A DNA stretch of 64,000 nt, from assembly GCA_963575745.1 (NCBI GenBank), contig CAUYUJ010000226.1, positions 124,001-188,000 of the forward strand, written 5' to 3'. The notes under the pieces are model-generated. The model was not told the DNA's origin. It did not search any database and worked only from the letters and a program-made list of their open reading frames with translations. Of this stretch, positions 1 to 24,881 are shown in pieces; within the stretch, counting starts at the first letter, position 1; the number at the start of each line of letters is the position of its first letter. This DNA is from Prorocentrum cordatum. Lineage: Eukaryota. The position numbers were made by a program, and so were the translations under genes.

Positions 1-371
1 CACACGGTGCGTGGCTCCATAGGGAGCTCCACCGGAGGCCGCAATGACAGCGCCCGCATGCAGTTTCACTTTCCATTTTGGCGAACCCCTCACACGCTTC
101 GTGGACCCATATGGAGCTCCACCGAAGGCCCCAGTGGCAGCGCACGCATGCGCTTCCACCCCGATCCTTTGCACCCCTCTCTCGCTTCGTGGCCCCATAG
201 GGAGCTCCACCGAAGGCCCCCGTGGCCCATGTTGCTGCCCCCGCCGCCTTCATTCCCTACCTAGGCTCTGCCTAGAGGGTTCTTACTCTCTTTCTTAAAG
301 GGGCCGGGCAGTGCGCACAGCCCCGGGCGGTTCCCCCAGTATCCGCCCCGCGGTTCCCCCAGTTACGTCCC

Positions 372-835
372 CTTAGCTTAGCGTTGCTCATCTCATCTTA
401 GCTTAGCGTATTTCATCTTAGCTTAGCCTAGCTTCATGGTAGCTCCGGTTTATCTTAGTTTAGCTTACCTTCATCTTAGCTTCGTTGAGCTTTAGCATAG
501 CAGAGCGCAGCATAACATAGCATAGCGTAGCATAGCATAGCGGAGCACAGCATATCATAGCATAGCCCAGCATATCATAGCATAGCGCAGCAAAGCATAG
601 CACAGCACAGCATAGCATAGCATAGCGCAGCACAGCACAGCACAGCATAGCACAGCGCAGCATAGCATAGCATAGCAGAGCATAGCTTAGCATAGCACAG
701 CGCAACATGACATAGCATAGCATAGCTTAGCATAGCATATCATATCATAACATATAAAATCATATCGCAGCATATCATAGCATAGCATAGCATAGCAGAG
801 CGCAGCATAGCATGGCATATCACAAAATGGCATAG
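372..835. repeat. Pentamer microsatellite (AGCTT)n grading into (AGCAT)n
   Basis: Direct inspection. Confidence 0.9.
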
Positions 836-2535
836 CAACTCATGCTGCTTTCCTAGGGGCTCCAACTTCTAGGTAGGGTCGCACTGGGGTAATTTTATTT
901 CCCGTGCGATGCTCGAAGACCGCAGTGGCAGCACCCGCATGTCGGCCCCGCCACTTCTCGGCACACCCTTCACGCGCTTCGGTGGCTCCATGAGGAGATC
1001 CACCGAAGATGATACAATGGCGATACTCACAACTGCATATGTTTGGGCCTTCGCCAGGCTAATTCCGATGTTCTGCCCCAGTGGTGCCCTGGGGCTGAAT
1101 CAAGGTCCACCTCAGGGGTAAGAGGTCGGGACCTCTGGGGGTCCGACGCTGTGACAAAAGATACGAGTGGAGGAAGAGGGACGGTGAAGCAAGAGAGGCG
1201 AGTATGAGAATGAGTGAGGGGGTGGAGGAGGAGGAGGAGGAGGAGGAGGAGGAGGAGGGCGAGGAACATGGAGGATAGACGGGTGGAGGATACAGGCGCG
1301 ATGGAGGATGAGGAGGGCGGAGGTTGGAGGAGGATAGAGGTCGAAGAGATGTTGGAGGGTGGTGATTGGCGTATGTACAAGCGACGTGTTCTATCTAAAG
1401 CACCTCAGGGCTTGGCAGCGCATTGTGAGAGAAATTCGGCTCCAGCTTCGAGGTTCGGTCTCGACACGAGATATTCGTATTCAGAGCAGACCCCCCCCAC
1501 TCATACACCCGCGGTTCCGAAGATCCCGGGCAGACAGTTGCTTGCGGCAAACTGAGGGAAGCCCCGCCGTCGTGCCAGCGCAGCAACGACACACATGCAC
1601 ACACACACTTATACAGGTGTGTGTATACATACATGCACATATGTGTATATATAATAATAATGTGTATACCTATATGTGTGTAAATGTTGTATTTATGTAT
1701 ACAGATTACATGTGTGTATGCAGGGCGGCCCTAGCAGTGTCTACGAACCAGCAATGTCTACGAACAGGGCTGCCGCGGCGGCTACGTGGCGCTGTCGCGT
1801 GGCGTAGCCATAGCGTTGCGTGGTTGGTGCGGTGTGGGCATGCGTGCAGGCTCCTTCTCGTGTGATGGGGGGCTCCGTTGGGGGCCTCCCAGGGGGCCTC
1901 CTCCGGGGCCATCTTGCCGAGGCGGTGGGGGGGGGGGGGGCATCGAAGGCCGCCTTGGGCGAGATGGTTCTGCCGAGCTCTCCCGCAGAGGCTCGGTTGG
2001 ACGACCCTCCTTGGCCGTCTGCGCTTGTCTCGGGGCCGCCTGGGGGCTCCTTTTTGGGGCGTCTTGGGTCAGACGGATTCGGACGAGGGCCCCTGGGGGG
2101 GGGGGGGCGAGACGGGGCAGGATCGCTGGTCGTGGACAGACTGCGACGCCAGGGAGCTCCGGAGAACCTGGGCTGGACCTGAACGCCGTCTCTCGTTGTG
2201 CCTCGACGACCCTCGAGCCCTCGAGCCCTCGAGCCTTCGACCCCCTCGACCCCTTCGGCCCCTCGGCCCCTCGACCCCACGAGCCCTCGACGACCCTCGG
2301 CGACCCTCGTCTCGGCCCCTCGAAAAACACACAAAAGAGCACACTCAGAAGGAAACGCTCTCTCGCACCTGTGTAAGAAGGCGTCTGTGTTATCCGCAAG
2401 GTCACGGAGGAGGAGGAGGAGGGGGAGGAGGAGGAGGAGGAGGAGGAGGAGGAGGAGGAGGAGGAGGAGGAGGTGGAGGAGGAGGAGAAGGAGGAGGAGG
2501 AGGAGGGGGAGAAGGAGGAGGAAGAGTCCCCCGAG

Positions 2536-4116
2536 GCGACGCAGCTTGACCACTTCGAGCCGGAGCACCTGCGGGTGCTGCTCGGGTGCCTGCCGGACTC
2601 CGACGACGACCTCGACGAGGAGTGGCGGCTTTTCCCGGACAGGGCCAGGACGGGGACAGGAAGTTGGTTTCGGGAGTACGCTTTGCGCGAGCGTTCGTAT
2701 CACGCGGCCGGTCTCGCGGATCAGGTGGCCGTGCTCATGTCTTTGGTTGGGCGCATACGTCCTTGGTGGGATCCCTATAACTCTCGGACGGGGCCGTGTA
2801 GGACGAGGACAAAGACGTTCCAGAGCATTCCGGAATGCTCTTAGAGCGCTCCGGAACGTTCTGAAAAGGCCGCGGCGCCCGAGACATACTCTAGTGCCGC
2901 CGGATTTCAGAGATTTCAGAGGAGGAAGAAGTAGCCATATCTCTACCCCTTCGCCCGTTTTCCCATTTTGTCGGCCTCCTGTGAGGCCCTCGTCGCCACC
3001 GCTGGATTCGCCTCGGGAGAACCTAGTCAGAACGCACCCAGGGATAGGTCTGGGGAGTAGCGGTGTCAGTCCCTTTTGGTCTCCTCAAAATTACCGATTC
3101 GTCCTTACCCGATGTTATCCTCGTCCTGGCTTCGTCTTATTTGTCTGGTGCGCGCTGGCCCGCTCCAGTGGCTTCTGGAGACGCACGCGGAGGTCCTCGG
3201 TGAAAGGCATCCACAGACTCGCGTGGTCCTCCAGAGCCCACGGGGCTCAGACCCGAGGATCCTGGGGCGCAAGAGGACCCGATGGGCGCAGGAAGACCAG
3301 TGGATTGAGACCTCTGACGTCCTTGCTTTTTCTAGCAGCGTGCATGGCCCTCCGGAGACGGTATCCGGGGAGGTCTCCCCCACAGAGAGAGAAGCGGAGG
3401 GAGGCGGAGGGCTGCGGGGCCGGGGAGCGAGCGAGGAGCGGCAGCAGCAGAAGCATGAGGCCCGTCTTGGAGATTGAAAACCAAACGGAGAGATCCTCGT
3501 CCCTCGATCTTCGGCCCTCGGTCCTATGTCCTCGGTCCTCGACCCTCGATCCCCAATCCTGGATCCTTGATCCTCGATCCTCGATCATCGAAGCATGGGG
3601 GAGGCGGGAGAAGAAGGGAGTCGGAGGGAGGAAGAGGGGAGAGGCGAAGGAGGACGAGGTGTAGGAAGAGTGGAAGGAGGATCAGGGTAAGGAGGATGAT
3701 GATGGAGGGTGATGGGCAAGTTCGGGGGGGTGTCAGGGCGGGGGCGGGGGTAAGGATGGAAAGTTGTAACTGCACCATCCTTACCCTCGTCTCTCTCACC
3801 CTCTGACCCCCCTCTCTCCACTTGCCACATATCCCTCCCCTTCTCCATTGTCGGCTTCTGCCGATGGTGCTGTCGTGTCCGGCAAGAGCTTGCAGACTAG
3901 CCCCTGATCTTGAGCTTTTTGCCTCTTTCAGTCCACGAGTTACACACATATCTATATATATATATATATATATTCCCCAAGGATTGGCTCGCGATTTTTC
4001 AGAAGGTCAAGAGCTACATCTTTGTCGCCCTCGTGGACCCTGCATTGCACCACGGTGCGACTGAGGTCACTGCCGACGGAGCGTTGCGACACATCTCGCT
4101 AGTGTGGCAATCATGA
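2536..4116 (+). CDS. Possible 3' exons of another unidentified gene (~2536-2619, ~3147-3235, ~3982-4116)
   Basis: ATQLDHFEPEHLRVLLGCLPDSDDDLDE (GC3-rich, AG|G start); LLETHAEVLGERHPQT; DWLAIFQKVKSYIFVALVDPALHHG..* after TTCCCCAAG|G. The frame links between them are not established. Confidence 0.3.
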
Positions 4117-4543
4117 GAGAGAATCAGGGGGATAGAGAGAGAAAGGCACATAAAGAAATAGCGAGAATTAGGGAGAGAGAGACTTAGGGAGAGACAGAGA
4201 GATAGAGAGAATAAGGGAGAGAGAAGAGATTTAGGGAATGGCACTCAGGAGAGAGAATTGGGGAGAGAGGGAGAGAGAAAAAAGCAACGAAGAAAGAGCG
4301 GTGGCGCCACACTGCCGGTCGGTAGTGCCAATAGCAATGATTTTCGCGCCGTGCGCGGTAGTTCTCGGCAGGCTTGTATTCGAAGGCGCCCTCGCGTGGC
4401 CTTGTTGGATGTCTCATTGCCAGCCTACGAGGAACAGGAGCGGAGTGATGGGAGAAGGAAGAGGTGGACGGCGAGGATCCTAATGAGGAAGAGGAAGGGA
4501 GGAACATTGTTTGGCGGCGTGACGATGATGCTGATGTTGATGC

Positions 4544-4623
<80 letters not shown>

Positions 4624-4690
4624 CTGATGCTGATGCTGATGCTGATGCTGATGCTGATGCTGATGCTGATGCTGATGCTGATGATGATGC

Positions 4691-4744
<54 letters not shown>

Positions 4745-5949
4745 GAAGGAGGAGGAGGAGGAGCTGCAGGAGTAGATTGAGGATAGTGTTAAGCAGTCAT
4801 GCGATCCTCGTCCGCCTCACGTTCAGGGGCACACAAGGTTTGGGAAGTCAGCAGGTTCGGTCGTCTTCGGATTGACGTCGAGACCCTTGACGCTTCGCGC
4901 ATGTCCCCACCAGCCCACGTATCCAGAAGCGGTGCTCGGCCGAACTGTTGGGAGAAGAGGTGCCGCAGTGGAACACGAAGACCGCCAGCAGTGCCTTCCG
5001 AGAGCGCTGCCCACGCGGTGCCTGCCCCTGGGCCTCTCACCCGTTTGCACGGAGCTGGGCCGGTCTGCCGCCCCGGCGGGCCCTCCTCCTCCTCCTCCTC
5101 CTCCTCCTCCTCCGCCTCCCCCTCCGCCTCCTCCGCCTCCTCCTCCTCCGCCTCCTCTTCCTCCTCCTCCTCCTCCTCCTGCTGCCGTCGCCCCGCCGCC
5201 GCCCCGTCGCCGCTCCCGCCCGCCCGTCGCTGCCCCGTCGCCGCTCGTCGACGCCCCGTCGCCGCCTCGGTCGCCGCCCGTGGCCGCTTCAGTCGCCGCC
5301 GCGGGCCGCAGCGGCTCGGCAGGCAGAGCGCGGCGCGGCCTGCACCGCCCAGCATCGGCAGCACGCTCCTCCTCCTCCTCCTCCTCCTCCTCCTCCTCCT
5401 CCTCGTATTCCTCCTCCTCCTCAACCTCCTCAACCTCCTCCTCCTCCTCCTCCTCCTCCTCCTCCTCCTCCCGCTCCTCCTCCTCGTATTCCTCCTCCTC
5501 CTCCTCCTCCTCCTCCTCCTCCTCCAGGCTGCACCACACGGCTTGCATCGCGCAGCCCGCACCACGGAGCTCGCACCGCAGAGCTCGCACCACTCGGCCC
5601 GAGCTATGCAGTGGGCACCACACCGATGTCACCACATGGCTTCCATAACATCGCTTGCACCGCATATATTGCACCACATCTAGTCTTTCCCCCAGGGTTA
5701 TCGGTCCACCGGGGGAGGGTGCAATTTAAATATCATTGTGCCCCATCGTTGATTTTAAACCTGAATACATGCCTTCCTTCCGAGCCTATATCAACCCCCT
5801 CATCCTCGTCACTTAAAGTATGCAATACATTCCCTTGCGATGCATATGACGAACTGCACACGCGCGCGTCGTCGCGCACGCGTGCCGAAACCCTTGCAAG
5901 ACCACAGGCTTCGAACGGGTTTCAGAATCGAGTGCTCCGAAACATGAAG

Positions 5950-7220
5950 ATCAATTGTGCTACAACATGTTTCCGTTTCAAAGCAACTTTTGTTTACGAG
6001 AGCCGTTGGTTTCAGCATTTCTATCATCAGCATTTCTACCAAGGGCGACCAAATTGGCCTCTCGCGCGCGCGTCGAAATCATCTGAACGTCTTTGCGCGC
6101 GTGCACGATCCCGGCGATCCCCGTCACAGAAATACCATGCGGGCCTCTTGCGCCCGTCGACCTTGCACGCATGTCGAATTCGTTCCAAAACCTTATTTCA
6201 TCACCGACACGTGGACACCATCATCGTCACCGGCGTGATCAGCATCGGCGCCGTCATTGGCCTTTCCGTCGTCTTTGTCACCGTCGTCACCTGCATCGCT
6301 ACTATCATCATCGTGGGTGCCGTTGCCGGCGTCGCCACGATACCGCGCCCGCCCGAGCCGCCGATTCGTACCGAATGGCCCGCGCGCCAGCGCGGCTTGC
6401 GAGACGCGCTGGGGAGTCCCCAACAGTCAGCGCCACCGCGGCCGCGCCGGTCTGGCCTGACTCGCTGGCCGCTCTGCGCGCGAGCCTGTGGGCGCGTGCG
6501 CGAGAGCGCGGCCGCAGTGATGTACCAGCCAGCGCCAAGCAGTAATTGGAATTGCCGTTGCGTGGGATTTGCATGTAAAACTGACGGTCTGTGTCCGGAG
6601 TGTTTGCGCAAGAACACGTTCAAGTTCGGTAGGGTGGATTGCACCACGTAGATAGCACCAGATAGATTTCACCACCGATTTGTTTTAAAAGGAGTTAGGA
6701 TCTACCCCCCCCCCCGAGGGCGGAGTATCTGGTCCCCAGGGGATTTGTAGTTTGCATACGACTCGGCCCCATCGCTCGTTCATAACATGGGTTCAGACCA
6801 TCCCATCCAACTTGGGCTCTTCATCTCCATCTTCTTCGAATAATGTATGCGCCCGCGTTCGAGTATCAAACATCCGTATGTTTCAAGACTCCTTCGCGGA
6901 AGCTTTCAAGCATGTCTGGCGTTCGTCCAGGATTCCAGAAAAGACAAGGGTCTGCGCACGCTTTTCCGAATTCATCAACCCCCTGCCGGCCGTTTCTATT
7001 CAGCATAACCATCAACAGCGACCAAGCAGGCCTCTATTGCGCGCGTGCCGAAATCATATGAAGGCCCTTGCGCGCGTGCTTGGGGGAGACGATCACTTGT
7101 CATCACGCCCATCGGCCGCGTGCGCATGCCGAAATCGCCATCGGCGTGGTCAGCATCGGCGCCGTCGTTGGCGTGGCCGTCGTCATTGTCGCCGCCGTCA
7201 CAAATACCGATACGATCACC

Positions 7221-7251
<31 letters not shown>

Positions 7252-7636
7252 ACATCATCATCATCATCAACATCAGCATCATCGTCATCAGCATCATCAT
7301 CATCATCGTGCGTGCCGTTGTTGGCGTCGCCATGACACAGCGCCCGACCGAGCCACCGACTCGCACTGAAGTGTCCGCACGTCAGCGCGGCCTGCGAAGC
7401 GCGCTGGGGTGTCCCCAACAGGTCAGCGCCACCGCGGCCGCGTCGGTCGCGCCAGGGTAGCCGACCGCTCTGCGCGCGAGCCTGCGCGTTCGGGCGCGGC
7501 AGCAGCGATGTGCCCCAGCCGCACGGTGCGCCAGCCCACGCCAAGCAGTCATTGCAATCGCCGCCGCATGCGCTTTGCAATGCGAGTGGACAATTCACTG
7601 CGCGCAGAATTCGGTTGCACCACAGCGCGCGCCACA

Positions 7637-7689
<53 letters not shown>

Positions 7690-8780
7690 ATATATATATA
7701 TATCTATATATATATATATATGCATGACAAAAAGATCTGGATTTACAACCCCACCGTCGCTGGGGTTACCGACCCACCATGGGGGTGTGCAGTATACACA
7801 AGGTTTTGCCCCATCCGTCGCCCTAAATACGAACTCGTGCCATTCCATCCAGGCAGGGCTTTTCGCCTACAGTCTTCGTCAATCGTCGTATGAACGAGCA
7901 GTCGCTCATCAACAATGAATCGGGGGTGTTCAAGAAGCCCTCGCAACACAGATGGCAATCTGCGCACGCGTGCGTCGTCTCGCGCGCATGCCGCGGTCAT
8001 TCAAAAACCGTCATTTTCGTAAGGGTTGAACATCGGGCGTGCCGGAACCATCAAAAACACACGACTTTGCAATTATTTTGTTCACCAGAACTGCGCGTTT
8101 TTTCCTCGAGGACTTAGGAAGCCATTTTTTCAACCATTCCATGACGACGACCAAACGGGAGACCTCCCGCGCGCGCGTGTTGAAATCATTCGAACGACTT
8201 TGCGCGCATGTTTGGGGCACGGTTTTAATGAACTACACCATGTGGGCCACCCGTGTCCGTCGGTCTCGCGCGCATGCCGGAATTAATTTCAACATTTTCA
8301 TCACCGACATGTGGACATTTTCGTCCTCACCGTCGTGATCAGCATCGGCGCCGTCATTTGCCTGGCCGTCGTCATCGTCCCTTCCGTCACCAGCATCGCT
8401 ACCATCACCATCGTGCTTGCCGTCGTCGTCATCGCCATCCCACAGCGCCCGCCCGAATCACCGACTCGCACTGAGGATTCCGCACGTCAGCGCGCCCTGC
8501 GAGACGCGCTTGGACGCCCCCAGCAGTCAGCGCCACCGCGGCCGCGTCGGTCGCAGCACATAAGGTGCCCGCTCTTCGCGCGAGCCCGCGGGCGCTAGCA
8601 CGGCATCGCCAATCAGTCATTGCAGTCGCCGCCGCATGGGTTCTGCAAGCCAAGCTGCAGTTTGGCGGGTGGGGGGTGGGAGAGAAGATTGCCCGAGTTG
8701 TGAAGTTGGCGTTGCAGTGTGAAGCAACATTGGCTTGCACCACAAAATTGAACCACGTAGCCTGCACGACATAGATCGTA
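5950..8780. repeat. Three diverged ~1-kb tandem-like blocks
   Basis: ATCAGCATCGGCGCCGTC..CGCCCG..GTCAGCGCCACCGCGGCCGCG at ~6238-6450, ~7150-7445, ~8338-8550. Confidence 0.7.
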
Positions 8781-9632
8781 CCACAGAGACAGCACCGCAT
8801 GTATTAATTTTCGTAGTTCGTACCGCATTACTTAAACCACCCATATTGCAACGAATATATCGCACCTCATAAACTCCACCCCGCATCTTTCACCACATCT
8901 TGCACTTCGTAACTCACTCACACCACATAGCCCACACCACATATATTGACAACATCGATTGTACCACGTGGATATTGCACCACCCATATTGCACCACACG
9001 GCTTGCGCCACATACATTGCTCCACATCTATTGCAGTACATTTATTGACCACATCACTTGCAACACCTGCACTGCGCCGCATGAGTTCGACCATTCAGCG
9101 TGCACCACGTCGTATGGTAGAACACACCGTTTGGGGTCCAGGTTGGCTAATCCAGATTTCGTGATAAAAGGGAGGGGGTCTGGACCCTCCAAGACAAGCC
9201 ATTTCAGACCCCCCCCGTGGGAGAACCCTCCAAAACATCGTCCCCAGACACCCCCCGGCCCTCCAAGATAGCCTGGAAGAGACCCCCCCCGAAATGAGAC
9301 CCCCCTTTCTTTATTACGAAATCTGGAGTAACCTATTAAGTTCTGAACGGGCTCGCTGTTGGTCAAGTCCTTACATGATTGTTCATTTAACCGTTCCTCG
9401 TGCACTCCTGCTCTTTTGAGGTGGTTCTGTTCCCGAATTAGCGTCCACGCTGGTACTAGCTTGACGATGAGTCTGATGGGTGGGGCATGGCAGCGCATCG
9501 AACCTCACTGCGTTGCACAGCACTTGCGCCATTTCGGCAGGCTGTGAATTCCCGGTCGGGGACTGTGCTGCGCATTCCCCTGGAGACCGCGCCGTGCTCG
9601 ACTCCTGACGCTCGTGCCCTGACCGGCGGGAG

Positions 9633-20600
<10,968 letters not shown>

Positions 20601-20792
20601 CTGGGCTGGACACCCTGTTTGGGCGACCACGGGGGGGGGCGACTAGGCATCGCTCAGGCCTGTGCACTTGTGCCCAGCGAGGACCCAAGAGGAGTACCCG
20701 TCGGTCGTTGAGAGTAGGTATTCGTGGCTTCCCAGATTCCAGTCCACTCTAAGCGCCTCCCTACTTCAGTGATCGAGTGGGATACACCCTTC

Positions 20793-20987
20793 TCGGGTCG
20801 GGCGAAAGGGGGGGATTGGGAAAGGGGGGGTTACGAAATTTGCTGCATGCAGCTGGTGTCGGCCTCACCGAGGGGCCCATTCCTCGATACATCGCCGCCT
20901 CCGGCGTCGGGAGGCGCCGGGAAAATCAGCTACGTGAGCTGATTCTCAAACCCCCCTTTTGCTATCCCCCCCTTTCGCCCGACCCGA
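20793..20987. mobile_element. MITE family B ([27 protein letters not shown]); other copies 35610-35802, ~38550-38722, ~47670-47840
   Basis: About 24-bp terminal inverted repeats; 5-bp TSD CCTTC here and GAGTA/CAGTA at 35610; shared core TGCTGCATGCAGCTGGT..CCCATTCCTCGAT. Confidence 0.85.
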
Positions 20988-23900
20988 CCTTCTCCGTCCT
21001 CCTCGGGGGGCGGCCGGTAGCCAGACTCTTTTGAACGCCTCCCCGCTTCGCATGCACGGGGCGTGGACGTCCGAGCGACGGCAAGGCGAGGCGGGCGAGG
21101 GGCGGCGGGGGGGGGGAAACGGTGGCGGCAGGACGGCGCAGGTCGCGAGGGGGAGGAGGAGGAGGAGGAGGAGGAGGAGGAGGAGGAGGAGGAGGAGGAG
21201 GAGGAGGAGGAGGAGGAGGAGGAGGAGGAGGAGGAGGAGGAGGAGGAGGAGGAGGGGACAAGAGAGGAGGAGGAGGACAGAGGAGGGAGGAGGACAAGAG
21301 AAGGAGGAGGAGGAGGACAAGAGGGGGAGGAGGAGGACAGCGAATATCAGTAGGAGAAGGAGGAGGAGGAGGAGGAGGAGGAGGAGGGGCAGGGGGAGAA
21401 GGAAGAGGAAAGGTATAAGGGAGGAGAAGGAGAGGTAGAAGGGAGGAGGAGGAGGAGAAGGAGGATGAGGATGAGGGGAAAAATGGGGAGATAGCGAGGA
21501 AGAGCTCGGGGAGAAGATGTCGCCGATGGCGAGATGACGTGGGTGGGGGGAGAGTTGGTACTCGGGGTGCGGTTGAAATACTTCGATGAGGGTGGGGTGG
21601 CGTTGCCGAGGAGGAGGCAAGCTTGACAAGTTGCAGGAAACGGGGCGCAGGATGAAGAGTTCGGCGGTCAGTTTGGGAGGCACGGACGGGGAGGAGAGGG
21701 TGCCGTCGACGCCAGGAGTGAGCGCAGGGGTGGGAGGGCAGACGCGGGCGGCGACAGCTGGGAGGTCCAAGTGGGAGGGGGAAGCGGAAGGTGCCCCCCC
21801 CAGCCTTTCAGATCTTCCAGGGGAGAAGGACGAGGACGAGGACGAGGACGAGGAGTGGAATGGAGTGGAGTGGACCCCGTTGCGCTGCAAGTTCGGTATG
21901 ACTTAGCCTGACCTGGAAGGGTCGCTCGAGCGAGCCGATTGCTCGGCTCGGCTCATGACCTTGGGCTGTAACACCCGATGGATCCTGTCAAGATATTCCC
22001 TGCCGTGCTTGGATAACCTGGTGTTACAAGGTGCCTTGAGTGATCTAATCGCCTTGTCTACGACGGCCCCGCAGACACTGCAAATTTAAATCTGAAGGGA
22101 CTGATATACATGCAAGGTGTGTGTGTAGTGTTAGCCCAGCCCCCCGCAACGTGAATTCTGGCCAACTTGAGTGGGAGAAAATGACCCCACCCACGCTATC
22201 AAGGTACACTCTCAGACATCCCAAACTCTTTCACAGTGCCTGCGGTGGCAGAGCCAAAACATCGAAGGCGTTTCCGCCGGCATTCGGCCAGACGGTGATT
22301 GGATTGGAAAGCAGCAGCGGCGGCAGCAGTCGGGGGAGGCGGAGGCGGGGGAGGGGGAGGAGCCTTACGGGTCTTCCGCCTTTCCTCACGCTCAGTTTCT
22401 TGGATGGCTTGTATATTTCCCAGGACAGGGCTGAACAATCTCGTACGGACAAGGTAGACCCGTCTCCCGTGGGTGATGATACGGGTTCGCACGCATCCTG
22501 GGAGGCGAGCCTGTTCGGCGGGCGACGCAGCCGGCGAATTTGGTGGCCAACAGATTACCTATCACTAGCGATCGAATTCCTTTTCGTGCAACAGTCTCTT
22601 CAGCGCCCATGTGTGAGGGAGCTCATAGCATAACGACATCCTGAACAGACCGGAAGCGCATTTCATCTTCGATGAATTGCCATGTATGTGCATCACCTCC
22701 AGACGGCTGCAAGAGTCGCTTCTGCGACCTTCCTTGGGCTACAGCTTCGCGGCCCGTGGTGTGTTTCGAATGTTGGCTGTTGTCCACAGCACAATATACA
22801 ACACCACGAGCTCTCCTCGTGGTACTACCTGGCGGTCACCAGCCAAAGGGCTATAGACAGCACCAGTATTCGCAACCCAGGGCAAATACGCTCTGTGCAC
22901 ACGTTGTTCGCAACTCAGGTCCAGGTCCATGTTGTTGGTGTAGATCTCATCTTGGAACTACCACTCCTCTGACGTTTTGTGCTGCGAGGCGTATGACCAC
23001 GTAGGCGTGCTGATGGGGTTCCACTCCAAGCGTAACAACGTGAGGATGGTGGCAGATGTCGGGCCTTTGACTGCCCGCGCTTGCTCACCTGACTGCTTGC
23101 CGCGCATCGACTCAAGCATCCGTGGCCACCTGAGCGCGGTGCCCCTGCATACGGCAAGCACGAAACCGAGCAGGCTGCCCGACTCGACGAGATGACCTGA
23201 GCCAGAGCCAAGGGGGCAGTCATAGCCCAGAGCCGTGAGACTCGAGCAACAACATTCGAGGCTGCACAGATGGTTCAGATCCAGAGGAGTGGAACGATTG
23301 CACTGGATCTGGCTCATCAGGAAAGGAGCAACGCCGAGGTGGCACAGATGATCGTTTACGGAACCGGATGTTCCTTGCGGAAAAGTAGGAGTTGTGCCCG
23401 CTGGGCGGCCGCCACGTCGACGGCACTGCAGCACGCCGGCAGCCAGAGCCGCCACCTCAGAGGGCGGTGGGGCAACGGCGTCAGCAGACGGCAGTGCCGG
23501 TCTTTGTTGCTTGCGCCAGCAGGGATTGCCCATGTTGTTGCAGACCGCGTGACAGAGGCCATTTCAGCTTCGGGGTGTCAGGGTGCCAGCCCTGCGGCGA
23601 TAAGAAGGTTGACGGAGAGCCTGCAACGGCACGCCGCGCCGAGGAGGTTGAAGAAGAGCGCCCCAGGAAGGAAAGAGAGAGCATGATCGACGTCGAAGGT
23701 CCGGGCACGAAAGACGCGCGGCTGGTTGAAAAGGGGAAGCAAGAATGAGGCCTATACGGGTGGAGTCACGACATGAAGCCCTCGAGATGAGGTTTCAGGC
23801 CATGGGGAGTGAGTTCGAAGAGCGGTAGCAGAGAGAAACGCGGAGCGTAAAAGGAAACGCGATGAGGAACAGGCTTCGAGGCTGGCTGCGGAAACGGCAC

Positions 23901-24848
23901 AGAGGATGGAATCCGGACTTCGCTCCCCAAAGGGGGCAGCGAGAACCCTTGCACTGAGAACCGAAGCCGCGCAGGCCGGAACGCCGGTAGTTGCACTGCC
24001 CGAAGCTGTGTTGTGTGAGGAGCAAGAGAAGGGCGCTGTCGAGCCGTCCGAGGGGGAGGACAAGAGTCCAGCGAAGTCCGGCCCCCCCCCCGCGAACCGC
24101 CATTGAAGGCGGGGGGCCCGTTCGATGGACCACCATCGACTCCTGTCTGATTTGACGTATTGAACCGCCGATCGACAGCCTTGGAGCCATACGCTGCTTG
24201 GGCCGTCCCATCCACAACCCCCTAAGCGTCTTGAAGTAACGCGCCTTCTGCTCTGCCGCTCTCCTCCTTCTCTCCCGCCTCCTGCTCTTCCGTTTTCTCC
24301 TACGCTCCTCCTGTTACCATTCTCCTCCTCCTTCCCCCTTGCCTCCTGCTCTTCCGTTTTCTCCTACGCTCCTCTTGTCCCCCTTCCGTGTCCTCCCCGC
24401 TCCCTCTTCCCCTCATGCTCGTCTCCTTCTGTGCCCTCTCCTTGCCGCCACCGCCGCCTTCGCCGTCGCAGCTTGGCTGTGGAGGAGGCAAAGGAGAAGG
24501 AACAGCACTGGGAAGGGAGTCACGGTCGGCAGAAATATGAGCACGCGCGAAGCGCGCGTGGTTCTAGTATAGTATGTATTTACAGGGGGAGAAGGGGAGA
24601 GAGAGAGAGAGAGAGATCAACTGCAGCGAGAGAGAGGGAGATAAACAAACAAAAACGCGTGAAATAGAGAGAGAGAAAGGGGAACCAGCATTTAAACACA
24701 CAACCATAGAGAGGTAGAGAGAAAGCGAGATAGAAAGAGAGATAGAGAGAGAGAGAGCGAGACAGAGAGAGGAACAACAACATGAACGAGAAAGGAACAG
24801 AGACATCTAAAGAGAGCGAGAGAGAGAGAGAGAGAGAGCGGTAGCGAA

Positions 24849-24881
<33 letters not shown>

